A program made the position numbers and the translations under genes. The notes below the pieces were generated by a model that was given only the letters and a program-made list of their open reading frames with translations, was not told the origin of the DNA and did no database searches. A stretch of DNA of 64,000 bases from an uncultured Alphaproteobacteria bacterium (GTDB taxonomy: Bacteria; Pseudomonadota; Alphaproteobacteria; Rhizobiales; Hyphomicrobiaceae), in contig CAWEBE010000045.1 of assembly GCA_963806735.1 (NCBI GenBank), positions 1,710 to 65,709 of the forward strand, in the 5' to 3' direction. Below are positions 9,062-17,719 of this stretch, piece by piece. Position 1 is the stretch's first letter. Every line of letters begins with the position of its first letter.

Positions 9062-9194
9062 CGCACGAGCTTGATTGCATTGTGGGCCAGCGCATCAGGC
9101 TCATGCTTGGTGCCCTCCTTCAAGCCCGGTCGCGTGGTGTTGGCGGCGGGCCGCCCCTTAGGTCCGCTGCCTATGCTGGTTGGCGACTCGCAGG

Positions 9195-9830
9195 CTATGC
9201 CAGGAGGGTAAGCGAAACCGCCTCACGTCCTTTTTGCGTCCGCACCACCTTCATCGCCACGCGCTGGGCCTCGTGCAGTGCATGCAGGCCTGCCCGTGCG
9301 ACGATGGAGACGTGAACGAACACATCCTTTTCGCCGTCCTCGCAGGCGACGAATCCGAAGCCCTTATCCGCATTGAACCATTTGACGGTGCCTTCGACAG
9401 CGACAGCGGTCGCCGGATCAATCCGCGCTCGGCCCGATGATGCCTTGGGTGAGGATCGCGTGATGGGAGGCGCGGTACCCGTATTGGCATCCACCGCAAC
9501 GACCGCCGTGACCTGACGCCCCTTTTGCCCTGGCCCGACCTGCACGCTCAGCTTGGTTCCCGGATCGACTGACTCGTGCCCTGCCGCTTGCAGCACACCA
9601 ATGTGCAGAAACACGTCCCCCGAGCCATCGGCCAGGGCAACAAAACCGAAGCCCTTGTCGGCATTGAACCACTTGACGGTGGCATCGACAGGCGGGTCGC
9701 TTGGAACTGCGCGCTCGCGCGGACCTCGCGAGAATGACTGTTGCGGCCGGTCATCGCGCGCAGGGGATGGTGGGTCCCAGTCGTCATCAAAGCCGCGCCG
9801 TCTTGGACCCCGGTCTCGTCCTCTCCCCAT
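9195..9830 (-). CDS. Cold-shock protein with two CSD domains and an Arg/Gly/Asp-rich N-terminal extension
   Basis: Two copies of VKWFNADKGFGFV (RNP1) each followed by DVF(L/V)H (RNP2); 211 aa. Confidence 0.9.
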   Translation of the reverse strand: MGRGRDRGPRRRGFDDDWDPPSPARDDRPQQSFSRGPRERAVPSDPPVDATVKWFNADKGFGFVALADGSGDVFLHIGVLQAAGHESVDPGTKLSVQVGPGQKGRQVTAVVAVDANTGTAPPITRSSPKASSGRARIDPATAVAVEGTVKWFNADKGFGFVACEDGEKDVFVHVSIVARAGLHALHEAQRVAMKVVRTQKGREAVSLTLLA

Positions 9831-10103
9831 GTGCCTGCTCTTCCCTGAAACCTGACGATGTTGTGGATGATGCTGTGATGTTCCGGCGATTCTAGCGTGT
9901 CGGATCGTTTCGACAATGGCTGATGGCGTCAGGAAACTCAGTGGATAAGGAATACGACAGCGCTTGGCCGACCACGGTTTAGCCGATACCGCCGCCGATG
10001 CTCGGGCACCACTATGACCCTGGACAACCGGCTAGAGTTGTCCGCCGTCAGCGCTCACCGGACAGATTGAGCTGATTGCGTAAGGGAGAGAATCGAGCTC
10101 GTC

Positions 10104-10499
10104 GTGGCCCCGAGGAGGGACACGATGAGACAGCGAGAAAAGCAGGCTCCGCAGAGCGCGGAGGAGACCGTCAGAGACATCCGACGAGCCACCAGGCGGC
10201 ACTTCTCGGCCGAGGACAAGATCCGCATCGTCCTGGAAGGCCTGCGCGGCGAGGACAGCATCGCCGAGCTGTGCCGCAAGGAAGGCATCGCCCAGAACCT
10301 CTACTACCGCTGGTCGAAGGAGTTTCTCGAGGCCGGCAAGAAGCGGCTCGCTGGCGATACCGCGCGCGAGGCGACTTCAGACGAGGTCAAGACGCTGCGA
10401 GCCGAGGCGCGCCAGCTCAAGGAGGCGCTGGCAGAAGCCACTCTCGAGAACCGCCTGCTCAAAAAAAGCGTGATCGCGGATGGGGAGGACGGCGAATGA
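10104..10499 (+). CDS. IS3-family transposase OrfA (HTH)
   Basis: ..RRHFSAEDKIRIVLEGLRGEDSIAELCRKEGIAQNLYYRWSKEFLEAGKKRL.. plus a leucine-zipper-like C-terminus. Confidence 0.9.
   Translation: MAPRRDTMRQREKQAPQSAEETVRDIRRATRRHFSAEDKIRIVLEGLRGEDSIAELCRKEGIAQNLYYRWSKEFLEAGKKRLAGDTAREATSDEVKTLRAEARQLKEALAEATLENRLLKKSVIADGEDGE
10461..10468 (+). other. Programmed -1 ribosomal frameshift site (A AAA AAG) for an OrfAB fusion
   Basis: The A7G run sits in orfA 30 nt before its stop. The -1 frame is open from here into orfB (..KKKRDRGWGGRRMRYAV..). Confidence 0.7.
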
Positions 10500-11476
10500 G
10501 GTACGCCGTATCCGAGAAGCTCGAGATCATCCGAACGGTTGAGACCTCACACCTGCCGGTCCGCAGGACGCTCGCCAAGATCGGTATCCCCAAGTCGACG
10601 TTCTATACTTGGCTCGATCGCTACGCTTCAGGCGGTCTCGATGCGCTGGAGGATCACCGGCCGAGACCGCACCGGGTCTGGAACCGCATTCCCGACGACG
10701 TGCGGGAGAGGATCGTCCAACTCGCACTCGACGAGCCCGATCGCTCCCCACGCGAGGTCGCCGTCGCGTTCACCGATCGCGAGCGTTCCTTCGTCTCGGA
10801 AGCCAGCGTCTATAGGCTTTTAAAAGCACGTGGCCTGGTCACGTCGCCGGCCTTCATCGTCATAAAGGCCGCCGACAAGTTCACCAACCCGACCACCGCC
10901 ATCAACCAGCTCTGGCAGACCGACTTCACGTACCTGAAAGTCACCGGGTGGGGCTGGTTCTACCTGTCGACCGTGCTCGACGACTTCTCGCGCTACATCG
11001 TCGCCTGGAAGCTTTGCACCACGATGCGCGCCGACGATGTCACCGACACGCTCGATCTCGCCTTGCAGGCGTCAGGGCTCGATGACGCGCCGCCGGAGCG
11101 TCGGCCGCGGCTGCTCTCCGACAACGGGCCATCCTACGTCGCGAGCGATCTCTCCAGTTGGCTTGAAGGTCAGGGCATGAAGCACACGCGCGGCAAACCC
11201 TACCACCCCATGACCCAGGGCAAGATCGAGCGATGGCACCTCTCGCTGAAGAGCCGAATCCTGCTCGAAAACTACTATCTTCCCGGTGATCTCGAGCGCG
11301 CCGTCGCCGACTTCGTCGAACACTACAATCATCGGCGCTATCATGAGAGCCTGGACAATCTCACGCCAGCCAACGTCTACTTCGGCAGAGGCCCGCGCAT
11401 CCTGCAACGTCGAGAGGAGATCAAACGCAAGACCATCGAGCAACGACGCCGACTACATCTGCAAACCGTAACCTGA
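10496..11476 (+). CDS. IS3-family transposase OrfB (DDE/rve integrase core)
   Basis: ATGA overlap with orfA. ..LWQTDFTYLKV..YLSTVLDDFSRYIVAW..LLSDNGPSY..GKIERWHLSLK.. (D, D, E catalytic context). The frame is -1 relative to orfA. Confidence 0.9.
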   Translation: MRYAVSEKLEIIRTVETSHLPVRRTLAKIGIPKSTFYTWLDRYASGGLDALEDHRPRPHRVWNRIPDDVRERIVQLALDEPDRSPREVAVAFTDRERSFVSEASVYRLLKARGLVTSPAFIVIKAADKFTNPTTAINQLWQTDFTYLKVTGWGWFYLSTVLDDFSRYIVAWKLCTTMRADDVTDTLDLALQASGLDDAPPERRPRLLSDNGPSYVASDLSSWLEGQGMKHTRGKPYHPMTQGKIERWHLSLKSRILLENYYLPGDLERAVADFVEHYNHRRYHESLDNLTPANVYFGRGPRILQRREEIKRKTIEQRRRLHLQTVT

Positions 11477-11714
11477 AAACCAAATCGATGGGCCCGATGC
11501 TCTCTTAGCCCAGAAGCTCAGTTGTCCCGAAAAGCCTGACGACGGACATGCTCGACCTGTATGACTGGTTCGGACAATCCGCGCATACCTCGCGAGCGCA
11601 GGTATTGATCAGGTGGAACGCTTCTGGCACCACACGAGGAGACACCGGACCTAGCGCGAAGACATAGCAAGCGACCTAGCTCGGCCAGGAGCGCAACTGA
11701 CGGGACAATGTTTT

Positions 11715-12326
11715 GTGCCTGCGTCCCTGCCCTTTATCCAGCCCTGCCAGCCTCGCCCGGCCAAGAAGCCGCCGGCGGGCGAGCGGTGGATGCATCAACC
11801 GAAGCTCGATGGCTGGCGCGTGCAAGGGGTGAAGCGAGGCAGCGACGCCGCTCTGTTCAGCCGTTACGGCCGCGATCTGACGGAGCGGTACCCGGTTGTC
11901 GCCGAGGCCGTTCGCAAGTTGCCATGCGCATCCTGCTCGCTCGACGGCGAGCTGGTGCTGGCGACGGAAGGTGGATTTGACTTCTATGGCCTGCGTGGCG
12001 CCCGGCGCCATGCCGACGCTTCACTCTGGGCCTTCGACATCCTGGAGCTGGATGGCGAAGACTTGCGCGGCCTGCCGCTGACCGAGCGCTCGGCGCGGCT
12101 GGCGAGGCTGATGACACGGTCAAAGGACCCAGCGCTCGGCTTGGTCCCGAGCTTCGATGACGGCCAGGCCCTGTTAATCGCCTGCATGGACAAGGGCGTT
12201 GAAGGCATCGTCTCGAAGCTACGGGACGCCCCCTATCGGCCAGGCTCACGGCCCGAATGGCTGAAGATCAAATGTCCGGGCTGGACGGCGCAGAACAAGG
12301 ATCGGTGGGAGAAGTTGCGCGGATGA
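11715..12326 (+). CDS. Minimal ATP-dependent DNA ligase (nucleotidyltransferase domain only)
   Basis: 203 aa. Motif I KLDGWR, III LDGELV, IIIa FDIL, IV EGIVSK, V WLKIK. The ORF ends 15 aa after motif V, so there is no OB-fold or motif VI. Confidence 0.85.
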   Translation: MPASLPFIQPCQPRPAKKPPAGERWMHQPKLDGWRVQGVKRGSDAALFSRYGRDLTERYPVVAEAVRKLPCASCSLDGELVLATEGGFDFYGLRGARRHADASLWAFDILELDGEDLRGLPLTERSARLARLMTRSKDPALGLVPSFDDGQALLIACMDKGVEGIVSKLRDAPYRPGSRPEWLKIKCPGWTAQNKDRWEKLRG

Positions 12327-12595
12327 GCGTGGGCCACGGGCTCATCCTATCGTCTTATGGCTATCCGAGGCGGGGGCGCGGCAACCAGAAACGCTGTGGT
12401 TGAACCCAATCCGGCGAGCGATCAGTGATGAATTGACATGGACCGTGGCGAATCAGACACGCGCGCAAAGTGCATTGAATTGAATCCAACTAATTGAATC
12501 CCCTCTACATTCTGTAGTCACACTTTGCCCGCTCGGTATAGTTCCAACTGAGTGGGGCAAGTGTACATCAAACCAGCCCGACGGTACTATCCAAC

Positions 12596-12625
12596 AGTTG
12601 TGTTGAGTTGTGTTGAGTTGTGTAT
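12596..12625 (+). repeat. 10-bp tandem repeat AGTTGTGTTG x ~2.8, abutting the porin start
   Basis: Reads agttgtgttg agttgtgttg agttgtgtat. Confidence 0.6.
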
Positions 12626-12637
12626 GGGGACGGTACC

Positions 12638-13354
12638 ATGACGGCAAAACGCCTCGCTGGCATTCTAACCGCAGCGCTGGTTGGGACGGCAATTTTGAGC
12701 GCGGGTGCAGACGCAAACGGCCGGCGCGGCAGCCTCAAAGATGATTATGTCGAAGCCAGACCCGTCTTTTCGTGGACGGGCTTCTATATAGGCGCGCACG
12801 TCGGTTACGGCTGGAATGACATAGACTGGCACTACCAAGGAAATCCCGTTTTCACCGATCATACCGGCGATGGAGTCTTCGGTGGTGGCCAGATTGGCTA
12901 CAACTGGCAAAGGGGTACCATTGTCTTCGGTGTCGAAGCTGATGCCTCCTTGGCGGCTATCGACGGAAGCACAGCTTGCCCTAATCCGGCGTTCACCTGC
13001 GGCCACGATGTAAATTGGATGGCAACCATCCGTGGCCGAGTGGGAACGACTGTCTTTAACCCAATGACGCTGCTTTATGCCACGGCAGGGTGGGGATGGG
13101 TCGATGTCGACTACTCTGCATCACCCTTCGTTGGCGGCGGAAACTTCTCCAAGACGCACTCAGGTGCCGTGGTCGGTGGCGGTATCGAGCACGCAGTGAC
13201 GGCAAACACGACCGTCAAGCTGGAATACATGGCATATCTTCTGGACGACGTGACCACTCCACCCGGAGTTCTGTCCGGCGGAGGTGCGACAAGAGTTGAT
13301 TTGGATCCCAACGCACTGCATACGGTAAAACTGGGCATCAATTTCAAGTTCTAA
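12638..13354 (+). CDS. Outer-membrane beta-barrel protein, Omp25/Omp31 (OMP_b-brl) family
   Basis: Signal peptide MTAKRLAGILTAALVGTAILSAGADA. FSWTGFYIGAHVGYGW.., GGQIGYNWQ.., terminal ..KLGINFKF. Confidence 0.9.
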   Translation: MTAKRLAGILTAALVGTAILSAGADANGRRGSLKDDYVEARPVFSWTGFYIGAHVGYGWNDIDWHYQGNPVFTDHTGDGVFGGGQIGYNWQRGTIVFGVEADASLAAIDGSTACPNPAFTCGHDVNWMATIRGRVGTTVFNPMTLLYATAGWGWVDVDYSASPFVGGGNFSKTHSGAVVGGGIEHAVTANTTVKLEYMAYLLDDVTTPPGVLSGGGATRVDLDPNALHTVKLGINFKF

Positions 13355-13376
13355 GGGCGGTTCCCCATCAGCCCGG

Positions 13377-13406
13377 AGCGGAGCGCCTGACGCTCCGCTT
13401 TTTTTC
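13377..13406 (+). terminator. Rho-independent terminator of the porin gene
   Basis: AGCGGAGCG-CCTGA-CGCTCCGCT followed by T7. Confidence 0.75.
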
Positions 13407-13451
13407 GCAAACGCCAGCAACCCGATCAGCGCTTCGTTCGTCATCATATGT

Positions 13452-13761
13452 ATGGCGGGCCGCATCTTCGGCTTGTGTTGGATCGGATAATACGACGGAT
13501 CCGCGACCCCTGTTGCCTTCGCCGGTGTCTGGCGCCGGTACAAGGGGCCGATCAAGCTTTCTGACGACCACACCGAACTCCCTCGTTGAGACTATCAACC
13601 ACGAGCGCATGCCGGTGCTGCTGACAACCGAGGACGAGTTTTCAACCTGGCTCAACGGCACGCCGACTGAGGCCATGTCGCTGGCGCGGCAATACCCACC
13701 CGAGTGCATGCGCATCGTGCAGGAAGGCTTCACGAAGCAGGACCTGCTTGAGGCGGCCTGA
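13452..13761 (+). pseudogene. SRAP (YedK/DUF159) remnant with an internal deletion and a frameshift
   Basis: Pieces lie in different frames: MAGRIF (where SRAPs have MCGR), VAFAGVWRRYKGPIK, then SFLTTTPNSLVETINHERMPVLLTTEDEFSTWLNG. About 310 nt remain versus ~700 nt for a full gene. Confidence 0.7.
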
Positions 13762-13968
13762 GGTTCTCAGCCCAATTTGCCACGTTCCCGGCGTTGGTTA
13801 TCCACGACCGACTTCTTGAAAACCACGCCATAGGTCTCGTCCGTTCTTCCACGGCCATCGCCTCTGGCGTCCACCTTCGGAGAGGCACCTTTTCTCCATC
13901 GTGCACAGCTCGCTCGCATTTCCGTTTTTGCGGGCAAACCAGACGTGCTAAACCAACGAGCACGACGG
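13691..13968 (+). repeat. Dispersed repeat, copy A (SRAP 3' end plus ~200 nt downstream, including the structured core element)
   Basis: 13691-13907 matches 59852-60065 with few mismatches. 13880-13968 matches the cores at 51932-52032 and 61097-61188. Confidence 0.8.
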
Positions 13969-14177
13969 TGCGTCACTCGGATGCGCCAGGCTCGGGGCGG
14001 CTATGGCGATCCACCGGGCTTCCGAGTTGATGACTGCGCCACGCAGCGTGGCGGGCGTGAGCCTCGCCTCGGGTGAAATGGTCGTCGTTAAGCCGGGCCG
14101 CGACGGAGAGCCACTGGTCGTTGGCCGCCTTAAGGTCGATTGAGGTTGCCGTTGGCCAGATTGCCTTCGATATGGAC

Positions 14178-14465
14178 TTACCGGTCGGCAGCACCCTCGC
14201 CGACGAGCACGAACGGTGCCCAATAGCTTGGGTGCGCCTGCTCGGGCTTGCCATTGTCGATCATCTCCAGCATGGCACGACGGAGACCTTCGGAGCGGCC
14301 GATCTTGGCGTTGCGAGTAATCGCTGAGACGGTGGACGTAATGAGCGTGACGGCAGCGTCGGTTTCGACCTCCCAGTGCGATACCAGAAGTGCCCGTGAA
14401 CCAGCATAGAAGAAGGCCCGAGCTGCGCAAACGTTGCAGCTTCCACCTGACGAGCAGACATACTC
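14178..14465 (-). pseudogene. Orphan C-terminal fragment of a CHAT-domain protein
   Basis: Own translation: ..SGLLLYAGSRALLVSHWEVETDAAVTLITSTVSAITRNAKIGRSEGLRRAMLEMIDNGKPEQAHPSYWAPFVLVGEGAADR*. This is a typical CHAT C-terminus. No start codon or upstream domain. Confidence 0.7.
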
Positions 14466-14483
14466 AGATGTACATCGCTGTGC

Positions 14484-15117
14484 TCACGCCGCGACCAAGT
14501 TGTTGCGAATGGCGTAGCGCACTAATGCCGCTGTGGAGTCAAGGTCGAGCTTGCGCATGATGCTGGCCCGATGCGTCTCGACCGTTTTGGCGCTGATATT
14601 GAGTATCTGCGCGATCTGCTTGTTGCTGTGGCCCTCGGCGACCAGTTGCACGATAGTATGCTCGCGGCCGGTCAGGGCCCGCTCGACCCGGCTCTTTCCG
14701 GTCAGGAAGGTTTCCAGCAGGACCTGCGACGCCGTGTCTGTGAAGAAGGGTCTGTGCTCGGCCAGCGACTGGATGGCCGAAATCAACTGCTGCTGGGCGC
14801 CTGACTTCAGCACGTAACCGAGCGCGCCAACGTTGAACGCATCGCGCATGATGATCTCGTTGTCGTGCATGGTGAAGATGAGGACCTCAACGCTTTGCAC
14901 CCGCTGTCGGATTTGGTGCGTGGCCTCGATGCCGTTGAGGAGGGGCAGTGCATAGGCGAGGATGGCCACATCGGGGCCGAGTGGCGACGGCCTGGGCAAC
15001 GGCGTCTTTGCCGTTGGCCGCTTCGGCGACCACGCTCCAGCCGGGATGATCTGCAAGGATGCGCCGAACGCCTGAGCGCACCACGGCATGGTCATCGGCG
15101 ATCAGAATGCGGGTCAT
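14484..15117 (-). pseudogene. NarL/FixJ-type response regulator, frameshifted in the receiver domain
   Basis: ORF 14887..15117 gives MTRILIADDHAVVRSGVRRILADHPGWSVVAEAANGKDAVAQAVATRP. ORF 14484..15095 continues in another frame with DVAILAYALPLLNGIEATHQIR...GerE HTH...VRYAIRNNLVAA. The switch is at a G4/C4 run, 14973-14976. Confidence 0.85.
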
Positions 15118-15572
15118 CGGCAGACGCGGAAATTCGAGGCCTACAGGGTCAGTCGTTTCCGGGGCTGTCTATCGGCACAATCCCGTAGACCCGCAGACGT
15201 AACCACCGAGGGACCTAATCGCAGCCGAGCGGTGGGTAGGCGGTTAAGCGCTTTTTCGCACGCACGAGATCCCTAAGAGTTCGCCCCACACCGCGTTCAC
15301 GGGCATAGCGATTGCCGGGCCGCATTTCATGGGGGCTTTCATAGGTGGCACCATCAGCGAAACGACCGATAGTCGATCGCATTGCAACAACCTTTCAACT
15401 TGCCCCCGTGGCGTCTCCGCGAAGTCTGGCGGAAGCAGACGCCACATCGGCGGCTGCTCCGTATGAATTCGTATGCTCCGTATGAATTCGCACCAAGTAC
15501 ACGCTTGACGCACCTGTTCCGGTTAGTAATTTTTCGATTTGCTCACTTTGAGTACGCGTGGAGTTGGGAGCC

Positions 15573-15830
15573 ATGCCAGACGGATTCTTACGCTCTTGGA
15601 TTGCTACACACGTCAAGCCAGTGCCTGCGGAAGAACGAGCGGAGCGCATTGCTAAATGGGCCGCCGAATGCGTCGCCGATGCGATGATGGCCGGCATCCC
15701 CTTCGATGACATCCACGAGGCTGCTGGAGGCAACGTGCAGACCTACATCGCTAGGGCTGCGGACTACCTTGCCAAACGCGAAGCCCAGCCAACAGACGAG
15801 CCTCTAGAGCGCCCCGGCGCCTCAGCCTGA
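15573..15830 (+). CDS. DUF768-like small protein (hypothetical)
   Basis: MPDGFLRSWIATHVKPVPAEERAERIAKWAAECVADAMMAGIPFDDIHEAAGGNV.. resembles the rhizobial DUF768 pattern (memory only). Confidence 0.5.
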   Translation: MPDGFLRSWIATHVKPVPAEERAERIAKWAAECVADAMMAGIPFDDIHEAAGGNVQTYIARAADYLAKREAQPTDEPLERPGASA

Positions 15831-15840
15831 TCTGGCGAAA

Positions 15841-15990
15841 GAAAAAGGCCCGCGAGCAGTTAGCTGCGGGCCAGTCGATACCAGAGAAAGCAGCGCCGAA
15901 GTGAAGGACACCCCAACGTCGGCGCTACCACAATCCGAGTTGGCGCAGATCAGCTCCCGCCGCGCAATGCACAAATGTTGGTATGCCCCA
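15841..15990 (-). ncRNA. Candidate small RNA, copy 1 of a paralogous family
   Basis: About 70% identical (by eye) over ~140 nt to 57591-57729(+). Stem AGCGCCGA/UCGGCGCU with a loop containing UCCUUCAC. Ends in GGCCCGC-N12-GCGGGCC plus U5. A separate minus-strand terminator at 16013-16051 closes the upstream unit. Confidence 0.4.
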
Positions 15991-16012
15991 GCGCTCTCTA
16001 CCCTTAGCTGAC

Positions 16013-16051
16013 CAAAGAAAAACGCCGGCCTGACGGGGGATCAGACCGGCG
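16013..16051 (-). terminator. Rho-independent terminator-like hairpin (minus strand)
   Basis: CGCCGG..CCGGCG stem; on the minus strand it is followed by TTTTTCTTTGG. Confidence 0.55.
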
Positions 16052-16724
16052 CTAGTTGATGCTGCCCATTGGGGGGATAGGGGCACACTGGCGAGGGAAG
16101 CCAGATTGGGCAGCCTGTATCCCGATAACCCTGAGCTGCCCCGGGTCGTTCCAAAACTTCTGTGCGATATTTTTGAGCTGGAACTCCCCCATCGCTTAGG
16201 CGTTTGGGGCGAGGTCTTTTCAAAGACGCAGCAGGCGTGTTCTCAGGGGCCAAGCAGTCGAACACCCTGATCTTCTGCGCACGAGCCACTATCCGACCTT
16301 CCGCACCAGTTCCTCGGGCGTCATCTCCGACAAGCGTTTGATGCGAATCTCCTGCATCAGGACGGCGCACCGCTCATGCACGTCCCGCATCCTTTGCTCG
16401 AACTCGATCCCAATCACCTTGTTCGCCGGCCTCAGCAGCAAGATCCATTCGCGCTGCCACGCTCCGCAAATATTCCAGCATCTCGCGGTGTTCCATACCA
16501 ACGCTCCCGCCCGCACAGTCACTCTGCCAAGCCCACGCACGCTTCGCATCCTGCGTTCCACTGCGCGGCTGGAGCTAGAGTTCCACCCGGCGCTGGCCGA
16601 CACACACACGCGCTTTGCGCAAGATCGTGCCGATGCTGTAGGTCTGCTTACCTCCGCAAGCCGCGACGCTCTTCAGGGTGCGCTTCGCAAATGAGGTTCT
16701 TGAGCTGTCTACGCAGCACCGGGC

Positions 16725-17090
16725 CTACCACCGTCCGTGGATTAAGACCTTCGCGGTTAAGCTGAAGTCGAATGTCTTCGATGAGAAGGAACACTGGCCG
16801 GATTGTGCGAGCTGAAAGGCGCGTTCGAGCGAAGTGGGCTGTGAACTCATGGTGCCAAACTCCTCATAAGGCACCAGAAACAATGCACGGCTTGGCGCGA
16901 CAGTTCCGATAAGCCTAGATTCTTCGGCGTGCGCAAAGTCGAGCTGCTCCTGCAGGTACGCAAGCCAGCGGGTGTCGTAGGTTCTGACGGGCTCGCCGTT
17001 CTGCCATCGGCGCAAGTGTTTGGCGAACCGGTGGTACCGCCTGGCTTCGTTCTGATTTTGTTGAGCAGAGGCTCGGTGCTTGGTGGCCAT
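16725..17090 (-). CDS. Hypothetical protein whose conserved C-terminus continues in another frame
   Basis: ..MSSQPTSLERAFQLAQSGQC, then the natural-looking continuation IEDIRLQLNREGLNPRTVVGPVLRRQLKNLI lies in a different frame down to ~16648 (switch ~16790). Confidence 0.35.
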   Translation of the reverse strand: MATKHRASAQQNQNEARRYHRFAKHLRRWQNGEPVRTYDTRWLAYLQEQLDFAHAEESRLIGTVAPSRALFLVPYEEFGTMSSQPTSLERAFQLAQSGQCSFSSKTFDFSLTAKVLIHGRW

Positions 17091-17165
17091 CTAGCTGCTC
17101 CCTTTGATTCGGGAAGCAACCCAGGCTCAGTTGATTCGGTAAAGCGAACGTTAATTTTTGAGCGG

Positions 17166-17719
17166 TCAGTTGCCGGCGTTGGAACCGAACAAACATTGCG
17201 AGGACCAAAGCCTCGAGTCCGACCATTGAACGAACCGGCCGTTCCAAAAATGGTGGTGTTCCTTGTTGAGCGGGGAACACCGAAGGCCGCTACTTAGGCA
17301 CCTAATCGGGGTGGATACATGAGTTCTTCGTTCGACGACCATAAACTGCGTCATCGCGATCGGCATGAAGCCCATCGGTGTGTGAACGGCAATAATTGCG
17401 GGCTTCACGATGGTGAGCTGGTGCTCACTGATGGTGATGTCCTTTACCTCTTCGAATGTCTCAAAGACGACATGTCCGAAGACGCAGGCGTGCGGTTCCC
17501 CGCAGCGGCGTTCACCAATTCGAGCGCTTCGCGTGCAGGCGTTCCTGTGCCCGCAAGCGTAACGTACGTTTCCACTTCATGCAGGGTGTCGCAGAATACA
17601 CCGCGCGCTTGCGTGGGTCCGTCAGCTTTCGCCGGAGACGCGAAAAGGCAGAGCGTGACGATTGCCAGAGCGAGCGGGACGATGAGAGCAGAGGCGTCAT
17701 CTTTCCATTCCCATTTCAT
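17166..17719 (-). pseudogene. Small secreted protein split over two frames
   Basis: ORF 17444..17719 has signal peptide ALIVPLALAIVTLCLFASPAKA and ..ALELVNAAAGN. The sequence continues sensibly (ACVFGHVVFETFEEVKDITISEHQLTIVKPAIIAVHTPMGF..) in the frame of ORF 17166..17408. Confidence 0.3.

Larger units (their letters stand above)
10039..11548 (+). mobile_element. IS3-family insertion sequence (~1.5 kb), apparently intact
   Basis: Imperfect terminal inverted repeats: TGTCCGCCGTCAGCGCTCACCGGACA.. at the left, and the reverse complement of the right end TGTCCGTCGTCAGGCTTTTCGGGACA.. (TG..CA ends). orfA plus orfB with an A7G slippery site. No flanking direct repeat seen. Confidence 0.85.

Noticed and set aside
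13948-14430. 160-aa minus-strand ORF.
   Set aside because: It is an off-frame shadow. The meaningful frame in the same interval is the CHAT C-terminal fragment (14178..14465).
15456-15493. Possible CRISPR or other array: a 19-bp tandem duplication (GCTCCGTATGAATTCGTAT/GCTCCGTATGAATTCGCAC). The 10-bp repeat at 12596-12625 was also considered.
   Set aside because: There are only two to three directly adjacent units with no spacers and no cas genes. These are simple tandem duplications.
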